From a virus, in IMG/VR virus record IMGVR_UViG_3300037761_000162, positions 1 to 48,086 of that record: DNA of 48,086 bases; one strand, 5' to 3'. Positions 1 to 6,258 of this stretch are shown here, piece by piece (positions within the stretch are counted from its first letter, which is position 1; each line of letters starts with the position of its first letter). The notes beneath the pieces were generated by a model that worked only from the letters and a program-made list of their open reading frames with translations, searched no databases and was not told where the DNA came from. The translations under genes and the position numbers were made by a program.

Positions 1-127
1 CGGGGTGACCTGATCTACGCCGAAATCGTCACCGCCATCAATGTGGAGCATGATAGCAGGCCGACCGCGTAGCGTGGTTTTCGTTGCCATTTTCTAACCT
101 CCATTTACACATTAGGACAGTAGGGCA
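1..127. repeat. Terminal redundancy, copy 1 (identical to 47960..48086)
   Basis: Read directly: bases 1-127 match the last 127 bases letter for letter. Bases 1-90 (minus strand) duplicate the 5-prime end of CDS 47648..48049. A length of 127 fits a k=127 assembler overlap on a circular contig. Confidence 0.95.
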
Positions 128-160
128 GCCATACGGGATGGCTACCCGATGACCCAACGG

Positions 161-478
161 TCACACACCCCAGGATGAACGTACGTCCACCCCGTATAGC
201 GTGTTCTCACCATGTACCGTCCGGCCGCACTCGCAACCCGTCCGGTGTCTATGGGAACCAACATCACCCGGATGGGCAAGCTTAAGATCGCTCGCCCATG
301 CTGACCGATGCCCGTACCCCGGCCCTACAGGCTCTAGGGTCACCACCACGTCAAGCGGTGCCCGTACATGATTCACAGACAGCCTTGACGATTCGATAAC
401 CTCTGTGATCCTGCCCAGATTGCCGTAGCGACCACGCACAAGCGTACCGATAGTTTCGATTCGCTTAACCTCACCCAT
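161..478 (-). CDS. hypothetical protein (105 aa)
   Basis: ATG at 478 with GGGAGG 5 nt upstream (complement of 484-489). No motif recognised. Confidence 0.55.
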   Translation of the reverse strand: MGEVKRIETIGTLVRGRYGNLGRITEVIESSRLSVNHVRAPLDVVVTLEPVGPGYGHRSAWASDLKLAHPGDVGSHRHRTGCECGRTVHGENTLYGVDVRSSWGV

Positions 479-546
479 TGTTACCTCCCTAGTGCCTGAT
501 GTATCCCTTTGGGTAACAGTGCAAGCCTGCTACCCGTAGCCATACA

Positions 547-810
547 TCACGCGTCAGGCATCCTGAGTACCGGAAACAGCTCACCAGGCCAGGAACACGC
601 CAAGCCGCCACCGTCAAACCACTCGATATGGTATGTGCCGTCCCAATATGAGTCCACCATGGCCAGCATATCGTTACGGGTATCGATCACAACTGTACCC
701 CGCGTGAGCTGCTCAATAGGCTGCCAACCGGTCACCACAGCATTGCCGATAGGCTTGCCATCACGCACCAGCGGCACCTTATCGCCTGCCTTAAGCAAGT
801 ATGTTTCCAT
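547..810 (-). CDS. hypothetical protein (87 aa)
   Basis: ATG at 810 with GGAAAGGG 6 nt upstream (complement of 817-824). The ORF track starts 2 codons earlier at TTG 816. No motif recognised. Confidence 0.55.
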   Translation of the reverse strand: METYLLKAGDKVPLVRDGKPIGNAVVTGWQPIEQLTRGTVVIDTRNDMLAMVDSYWDGTYHIEWFDGGGLACSWPGELFPVLRMPDA

Positions 811-832
811 GTCCAACCCTTTCCGAATGTAT

Positions 833-884
833 CTGACACACTCCCTAGGCGCACAGATGACCTGTGCGCCAGTGGCAGTGTCAG
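833..884 (-). repeat. Compound palindromic intergenic element, copy 1
   Basis: Outer arms CTGACAC/GTGTCAG (833-839 / 878-884). Inner perfect 9-bp hairpin GGCGCACAG-atgac-CTGTGCGCC (848-870). Ends shared with the copy at 1231-1303. Confidence 0.7.
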
Positions 885-1202
885 CTAGCGTGAAAACTCC
901 ACACCCTTAGCCATCATGGCATCCCTCCACTTGCGGGATGCGCTCCCCAGCCAAAACGTCTGACTGGGCGAAACAACCATATGCGCGGTACGGTCATTGG
1001 TTTCGAGCGCTAGGCCGTAATCCAGCGTAACCCGCGCGCCACCACGCTCCGCCGTACGGCCTACGAACGTCACACGCACGGCGTAGGTGCCGTTGCCCTT
1101 ACGGATGGCAGGCACCCACGACGACCCATCGCGGGCAGCCTCGATTAGAACAACGTCACCAACCCGCAAACTAGCCGCTGTGATCTTACCAATTGCAGTC
1201 AT
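885..1202 (-). CDS. hypothetical protein (105 aa)
   Basis: ATG at 1202 is preceded by a CATGGGAAGGG block (complement of 1209-1219). The 171-aa track ORF extension overlaps the neighbouring ORF and the hairpin element and looks non-coding. Confidence 0.55.
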   Translation of the reverse strand: MTAIGKITAASLRVGDVVLIEAARDGSSWVPAIRKGNGTYAVRVTFVGRTAERGGARVTLDYGLALETNDRTAHMVVSPSQTFWLGSASRKWRDAMMAKGVEFSR

Positions 1203-1230
1203 TCTCAACCCTTCCCATGTATGCCCTTGA

Positions 1231-1303
1231 CTGACACACTCGCTAGGGACGCAGCGCCAGGTCTTGATCTTGCTCCGGCGCTGTGTCCCTAGGGCAGTGT
1301 CAG
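1231..1303 (-). repeat. Compound palindromic intergenic element, copy 2
   Basis: Three nested arm pairs: CTGACAC/GTGTCAG (1231-1237 / 1297-1303), CTAGGGAC/GTCCCTAG (1243-1250 / 1285-1292), AGCGCC/GGCGCT (1253-1258 / 1277-1282). The left 17 nt differ from copy 1 at one base. The right 11 nt are identical. Confidence 0.7.
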
Positions 1304-1494
1304 GCAGTCCACAAACAACGTTTGCAAGGCTTACCACCTTTGCCGCAGATACCTGACTCATGTGGGGCGTAGTCAACCCAACGGTTCGGATTGTTGCCAC
1401 GGTTCAACCACCAGGTAGCCATGCGTGCCAGCCATGCGAACGGCACGCGCACCACATACCCGGTTGTCTCCCGTGGGTTAATCACATACCACAT
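1300..1494 (-). CDS. hypothetical protein (64 aa)
   Basis: The ATG shares 1 nt with the TGA of the upstream gene (TGATG coupling). Short, no motif. Confidence 0.4.
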   Translation of the reverse strand: MWYVINPRETTGYVVRVPFAWLARMATWWLNRGNNPNRWVDYAPHESGICGKGGKPCKRCLWTA

Positions 1495-1781
1495 CAGGCA
1501 CGCTCACCCGATGTCGGATGCCGCACCCACACGCGGGTGTCAGACATCAGTTTGCGACCGCCGTTGTCCCTGTCGACATAAAACCAAACCTGTTCGATTC
1601 TGTCGACATCAGGCAATCTTAGCGGGTTACTGGCGTCATCATCGAATGCGATGACACCAAGTTGTAGGTCATAGTCCCACACCCGTAGCCCCTTCGTGAT
1701 CTCCACCCGGTCGAGTGTTCTCACGGTGCGCTCTTCTACGCGGAATTGTTCGGTTGTGTAATCGAAAACCCTAACTAGCAT
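1494..1781 (-). CDS. hypothetical protein (95 aa)
   Basis: ATG at 1781 is preceded by the same CATGGGAAGGG block (complement of 1789-1799). Confidence 0.55.
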   Translation of the reverse strand: MLVRVFDYTTEQFRVEERTVRTLDRVEITKGLRVWDYDLQLGVIAFDDDASNPLRLPDVDRIEQVWFYVDRDNGGRKLMSDTRVWVRHPTSGERA

Positions 1782-2149
1782 TACTTATCCCTTCCCATGC
1801 AACGATGGCGCGGCGGCATGCGAGACCAGAACGGTAGAACAGCATGCCACCCACCAACCAAACATGAAAACAGGAAGGTAGGAAGTTGATCAAAGCAACT
1901 CGACAGACACGGAATCAACAGATCACCATACGGCTAGCCACAACACACGCTCCCCGTGATTCATGCAAAGCATATAAACGGATCATCGCACGCTATTGCA
2001 GCTCTACGCATTCACTGCGCCGTGTCTCGTCGCATATCCAGATGTCAACCCGCAATCCCACACCCCAGACATTCCAGGTCCAATCTAAGCCAACGGCCGG
2101 TTTTCTCGCCTGGCGCTCCGGGGCGGAGCACTGCCCACACTACAGACCA

Positions 2150-2177
2150 GCGCCGGTTACGGCACCATAACCGGCGC
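2150..2177. other. Perfect 10-bp GC-rich stem-loop in an ORF-poor gap
   Basis: GCGCCGGTTA-cggcacca-TAACCGGCGC, read directly. Confidence 0.6.
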
Positions 2178-2548
2178 ATCGTTACCAACCTGTGACCTGA
2201 TCATGACGAGATAGGCGCTGGCTAGCATAGATACACGCGTGTGCCTGTGTCGATACAGCCTGGCTGCGGGTGTCGGCTGGTAATGGCTCGTTTACCGGCA
2301 TAGTCGCTATCCACACACAGCGTGCTATATCATAGCGAATCCGGACAGACCAGACGGCACAGACCGGGGCGAAGGTGGTATACCGGACACGAGCTCGGTC
2401 AGGGCAGATCGGGCCAAATCGGTCTATGTCCGACAAGTACGACCCGGGGTTTTTTACGCGCGCGGCTCCACTGCCTCATATACCCCCACACAAATTTGCG
2501 TGCAAGGAGGGGGGGCGGCCACCTCTCCTAGCCGAACGTATCCACCGG

Positions 2549-2773
2549 TCACTCATCATAGGTGGTAAGCCAAGTGTATGCGGATGACCAAATATACGGT
2601 TCTAGTGTGGCAAGATGCTCCCGACTGATGTCAGGGCGGCCCCCTGCGAGCTGTCGCTTCTTCCACTCGGCGATCTTGGCCTCAGCCTGTCCCCGGGTCT
2701 GGAAACACGCGTTGGTGACCGGGGCACCGGTTGTCCGGTCGCGTATTGACCAGTACACGACGGCGCCGTTCAT
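2549..2773 (-). CDS. hypothetical protein (74 aa)
   Basis: ATG at 2773 sits in an ATGA overlap with the stop of the methyltransferase gene. The track ORF starts 4 codons earlier at TTG. Confidence 0.5.
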   Translation of the reverse strand: MNGAVVYWSIRDRTTGAPVTNACFQTRGQAEAKIAEWKKRQLAGGRPDISREHLATLEPYIWSSAYTWLTTYDE

Positions 2774-3378
2774 CTTGTTGCCCAACTCGCGATGAACTCG
2801 CGGCTACCGTTCATGGCCCGGGAGTACACGAAGTCCGGGTAGGTGATCGTATGCCGGCGCTTCCAGATCGCCTTGTCCTCGTGCACCTTTTCGTTGCCGA
2901 CGATCACGTACAGTCCGCAGTTAGCGAGGATGTCCGGCTCGTCCACGCCGACTTCGTTGCCGCCGGCCTCCGGCCGGCGCGGGTCCCACTTGTGTGTCAC
3001 CCAGCAGCCGATCACCACGTCCGGCTTGAACCGGCGTACCGCGCGGGAGGCGTGGCAGTTGATGACGTTCGGGCCGTAGGGCACGCACGGCTGGCCGGTC
3101 GCAGCGTAGAACGCGCGGTAGCGTGCCTGTTCTTGCATCCGGTTATCGGTCGCGGGAATGCCTAGCGCCTCGGCTAACACCCCGTGGCCTGCGCCGATCT
3201 CGATGGCCGTCCGTCCGGCGACCAGTACGCGCAGGTGCTCAACGAGTTCCGTGGTGGGGAAGCTGTACAGGCCGTGTCGGTGGCCGAATAGGGCACGCTC
3301 GGCGGGTGTGGTGTCTGCCCAGAATGCGGCCGGCAGGACTTGCAGCCGCCCGTCAGGGCCGAGGGCTTCAGGAGCCAA
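2770..3378 (-). CDS. class I SAM-dependent methyltransferase-like protein (202 aa), substrate unknown
   Basis: Motif I-like AIEIGAGHGVLAEALG followed by ATDN. TTG start. No DPPY/NPPY or PC DNA-methyltransferase motif seen. Confidence 0.6.
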   Translation of the reverse strand: MAPEALGPDGRLQVLPAAFWADTTPAERALFGHRHGLYSFPTTELVEHLRVLVAGRTAIEIGAGHGVLAEALGIPATDNRMQEQARYRAFYAATGQPCVPYGPNVINCHASRAVRRFKPDVVIGCWVTHKWDPRRPEAGGNEVGVDEPDILANCGLYVIVGNEKVHEDKAIWKRRHTITYPDFVYSRAMNGSREFIASWATR

Positions 3379-3429
3379 GTCACGGATGCTAGTTGGATCT
3401 AGTATGAAGCTGTTCAGTGTTCGCTCCCC

Positions 3430-3903
3430 TCATTGGAACCATTGGTAGTAGGTGTGTCGCTCCGCCGCGCGGAGCAGGATTGGCTGTTCGCCAACCTTGA
3501 TCTGATGCCACCAAAGAAGTAACCGGCCAACCCTACCGTTACCGTCGATAAAGGGATGGATCAGCTCAAACTCGACATGCATGTCTTTGGGGGCATATTG
3601 CGCCGGGTGCTGCATCTTGCGCAGCCAGTCAGCCAGCAGAGGAGGAACGGCCGGCCACTGGGGGCAGATGCGTACTCCTACCCGAACATTCACCCGACGT
3701 GTCCTGCCAGCCTCCTTGCCAAGCTGGCGAGCGGTGATCAGTCGGTGTGTTGTCAGAATGCGTGTCCTGGTCAGGCGACTGAAAGGCGCCAACCATTGCC
3801 AGGCGCCTGCCATGGCGATGTCTGCAACGGGATCGTCGATACCCTCAATAAGCGACGATTCTCGCAAGTGCTCGCGGGTCAGACCCGCGATGTCATCCCC
3901 CAT
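3430..3903 (-). CDS. fic: Fic-domain protein (157 aa), putative AMP-transferase
   Basis: Canonical active-site motif HPFIDGNGRVGR. N-terminal SSLIEG fits the (S/T)xxxE(G/N) auto-inhibition motif. AAGGAGG RBS (complement of 3910-3916). Confidence 0.85.
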   Translation of the reverse strand: MGDDIAGLTREHLRESSLIEGIDDPVADIAMAGAWQWLAPFSRLTRTRILTTHRLITARQLGKEAGRTRRVNVRVGVRICPQWPAVPPLLADWLRKMQHPAQYAPKDMHVEFELIHPFIDGNGRVGRLLLWWHQIKVGEQPILLRAAERHTYYQWFQ

Positions 3904-3933
3904 CTGTTGCCTCCTTGGCGCCGGCGAGCCGGC

Positions 3934-4338
3934 CTAGACCCCAGACTCCGTGATGTCAGCGTAGGTGGCTAGGAGCCGCCGGTACCTGTCGTCGATAGTC
4001 CGCAGGCCGTCACGCTCAGCCTTGACCTCAGCCAGGAACTTGCCGGCCTTGCTAGCCAGTTCCTCTATCATGTCGATGAATCCCTCCAGCTTCGCAATCG
4101 GGTCTTGGTTGGGCACGGGGTTGCCGGCGGTGGGCACGGTGTTGGCCGAGGGTGCCGGCGGCGGGGTGGAGGATGGCCCAACTTGCCGAGCTGCCGCCTC
4201 AATGCGGGCGGCGTGAGGCCGATACTGAACCAGGCCATCCCGGCTGACACACCTTTCTCCGGGGCTCTGCTGGCAGAACTCGGCCGGGCAGGCTGCCTGA
4301 AGTGCTGCCTCAACTTCTTCCGCCGTGAGTTTAGTCAT
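3934..4338 (-). CDS. hypothetical protein (134 aa), first gene of the leftward operon
   Basis: GAGAGGTG RBS. N-terminal Cys/His cluster (CPAEFC..C..H), a Pro-rich linker, and a helical C-terminus. Confidence 0.55.
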   Translation of the reverse strand: MTKLTAEEVEAALQAACPAEFCQQSPGERCVSRDGLVQYRPHAARIEAAARQVGPSSTPPPAPSANTVPTAGNPVPNQDPIAKLEGFIDMIEELASKAGKFLAEVKAERDGLRTIDDRYRRLLATYADITESGV

Positions 4339-4523
4339 CGGGTTTCACCTCTCAAGCCTTCGGGTTTGGGCCTCCGAGCATACGACGTGTAACGGTGTTG
4401 TGTGGTGCTGTACTGGCCCACTAATGGCTGTGATCTTGCTCACACTTCTTAATGGTTACGTCCCGGTTTTTCCTACTTTATACGACTTTCCCCTCTTGAC
4501 AAGGTTTGCTATGCTCAGGGCAT

Positions 4524-4551
4524 GGGGAAAGGGGGGTAGGGGGGTTAGGGG
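4524..4551 (+). other. G-quadruplex-forming motif
   Basis: GGGGaaaGGGGGGtaGGGGGGttaGGGG: four G-runs of 4-6 with loops of 2-3 nt, in the divergent regulatory gap. Confidence 0.5.
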
Positions 4552-4569
4552 ATATGTAGTACACCCCTA

Positions 4570-4584
4570 TAGTAGATACTACTA
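4570..4584. promoter_or_regulatory. AT-rich palindrome TAGTAGataCTACTA (candidate operator)
   Basis: Perfect 6-bp arms. The half-site CTACTA recurs at 4625-4630. It is flanked by three CCCCTA motifs (4564, 4622, 4660). Confidence 0.3.
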
Positions 4585-4590
4585 CAATAA

Positions 4591-4613
4591 GCCCGACCCC
4601 GGAGGGGGCGGGC
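4591..4613 (+). terminator. Stem-loop 1 upstream of the late operon (terminator-like)
   Basis: GCCCGACCCC-gga-GGGGGCGGGC (9 of 10 pairs) followed by CTTTATAA. Confidence 0.4.
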
Positions 4614-4642
4614 CTTTATAACCCCTACTATCAAATACTTAC

Positions 4643-4663
4643 GGGGCAGACTTCGTCTGCCCC
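4643..4663 (+). terminator. Stem-loop 2 upstream of the late operon (terminator-like)
   Basis: GGGGCAGAC-ttc-GTCTGCCCC, a perfect 9-bp stem, followed by TACTTAGTT (weak U tract). Confidence 0.4.
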
Positions 4664-4733
4664 TACTTAGTTAGGGAAACTTTCTTTTGCCAAAGGAAAG
4701 CGCGTGCGCGCGCGAGCGTCAGTGGAGGACACG

Positions 4734-5489
4734 ATGGCGACCAAGGCATACCACCGCTGGGTCGAGGCCGGCCGCCCATGGACCCTCGCCCGACCCATCC
4801 GGCAGCTTCGCGACTGGGCAGCCGCCAATAGCGTCCAGATGCTTGGGACGATCGGCAACGAAGCCCACCTGACCTCTGACTGGCCACAGGACCATACGCC
4901 GTTCTCGTTTACCGCCTGGCCGGTCCCTTTGCCCGGTTACATCGTGACCGCTATCGACTTGGCCGACGCCGATGGCCTCGGCGGGGCGATTCTGGCTAAC
5001 GCCCGCGCTGACCGTTACCCGTGGTTGAAATACATGAATGTTGCCGGCAAGAACTACAGCTATGCCGATGGGTTCAAGCAGGGATCTTCGAACCCTGACC
5101 ACCACATTCACATCAGCGTTTTCTCTGACGAGCTTGATACCAGCATCTTGCCGTTTGAGCCACAGGAGGATGACATGCCGTTGACCACCGCTGACGTTAG
5201 CAAGATTTTTCGCACTGACGGGGTGATTCCGGCGCCGAGTTCGGCAACTACCCAGGCCGAGAACCCGTTCTGGTCGGCCGCGAGCTACCTGTCCAGCATC
5301 CGAAATTGGGCAGTTGCCGCAACCGAGCGGACCGCCGTCGTTGACGCCAAGGTCGACGCGATTGCTGAGGCCCTGGAGGGCATCGTGCCTGGCATTCTGG
5401 CCGCGGTTCAAGAGGCTGTCGCCTCGGTCACCGCCGAACAAGTCGCTGACGAGCTGGAGATCCGGGTGCGGCAACCGGTTAACGCCTGA
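4734..5489 (+). CDS. putative endolysin, LAS-type zinc peptidase-like (251 aa)
   Basis: ATG at 4734 with GGAGGA RBS (4724-4729). HLTSD (HxxxD) and HHIHIS (HxH) resemble LAS/VanY-type zinc ligands. Two membrane-protein genes follow directly. Confidence 0.55.
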   Translation: MATKAYHRWVEAGRPWTLARPIRQLRDWAAANSVQMLGTIGNEAHLTSDWPQDHTPFSFTAWPVPLPGYIVTAIDLADADGLGGAILANARADRYPWLKYMNVAGKNYSYADGFKQGSSNPDHHIHISVFSDELDTSILPFEPQEDDMPLTTADVSKIFRTDGVIPAPSSATTQAENPFWSAASYLSSIRNWAVAATERTAVVDAKVDAIAEALEGIVPGILAAVQEAVASVTAEQVADELEIRVRQPVNA

Positions 5490-5680
5490 TGCAGGGAATC
5501 GAGATTTCCGGCCGCGAAGTCTACGACCTGATTCAGCAGCTTTCGACTCGCGTGGTTGTGTTGATGGAGAAAGTTGACCGCCTCGACCGTGTTTCGCACC
5601 AGACATCGCTTCCGATTTGGTCCATGGCCGCAGCTTGGGCTGCGGTTGCGGTCATCTTCGTTAAGGAGTTCCTGATCTGA
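5489..5680 (+). CDS. holin-like / lysis membrane protein (63 aa)
   Basis: The start overlaps the lysin stop (TGATG). One C-terminal TM segment, LPIWSMAAAWAAVAVIFV. Confidence 0.5.
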   Translation: MQGIEISGREVYDLIQQLSTRVVVLMEKVDRLDRVSHQTSLPIWSMAAAWAAVAVIFVKEFLI

Positions 5681-5946
5681 TGGTACCAATGTCTGATTGG
5701 CTTACCCGTTATCGACCTCAGATCGAGCTTCTGGGGCGCCTGGCGCCCGCATGGGTGACCCGCTATCGAAAGTTCCTGATCGCGGCGCTCGGTCTTCTTG
5801 TCGAAGTCGCAGCTCTGTGGCAGAATGCCCCTCAGTGGGCTATCGCGGTAGGCGTTATTGCCACCGCACTGGTTTGGGCGGTTCCCAACACTGAACCCCC
5901 GGAACCCCCGGAACCCGCTGAGAGCGATTTTGGGCTGTTCGCATAG
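5680..5946 (+). CDS. holin-like membrane protein (88 aa)
   Basis: The start overlaps the previous stop. Two TM helices (FLIAALGLLVEVAALW, WAIAVGVIATALVWAV) and an acidic Pro-rich tail. Confidence 0.5.
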   Translation: MVPMSDWLTRYRPQIELLGRLAPAWVTRYRKFLIAALGLLVEVAALWQNAPQWAIAVGVIATALVWAVPNTEPPEPPEPAESDFGLFA

Positions 5947-5981
5947 CCGTTCTTCTCCTGGCCTACCCCTAACCGAGAAAA

Positions 5982-6226
5982 CGCGCGCCTACGGGGCGCT
6001 GAGCGGGTTTAACGGGCAGGTTTAGGTTAGCGCGGCCCCGAAACGTACACGACCCATTCCCTTCGAGGTTTGGGACGGGGGCCGCCCAGCGCGCCGGTTT
6101 GCCTGTAGTGGGCAGGTGGTCAGATAGCCCGGCACCGGCGCGCCTGTCATGCAAGGCCGGTAGGTGGGTTCGGATGGGCCAAGTCGCGCGACTCCTCCCG
6201 CGCGCCTACACACGCGCGCGCGCGTA
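5982..6226 (+). repeat. Direct 11-mer repeat plus alternating purine-pyrimidine tract upstream of terminase (candidate packaging-site region)
   Basis: CGCGCGCCTAC occurs at 5982-5992 and 6199-6209. The second copy runs into a 20-nt strictly alternating Pu/Py tract (6207-6226) flanked by CCTAC/GTAGG arms. Confidence 0.5.
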
Positions 6227-6258
6227 GGCCGGTCCGGAGAATAGGGGTAGCGCCTAGC

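Noticed and set aside
1886-2587. Four ORFs of 69-94 aa in the 770-bp gap
   Set aside because: They have weak or non-ATG starts without RBSs, they overlap each other on both strands, and their composition is not protein-like (His/Arg/Thr/Cys-rich).
4495-4500. TTGACA hexamer as the -35 of the late promoter
   Set aside because: No acceptable -10 (TAnnnT) lies at 16-19 nt spacing. A single hexamer is not evidence for a promoter.
4719-5606. 295-aa minus-strand ORF over the lysis cassette
   Set aside because: It is antisense to three coupled plus-strand genes with RBSs, a zinc-peptidase motif and TM helices. Its composition is shadow-like.
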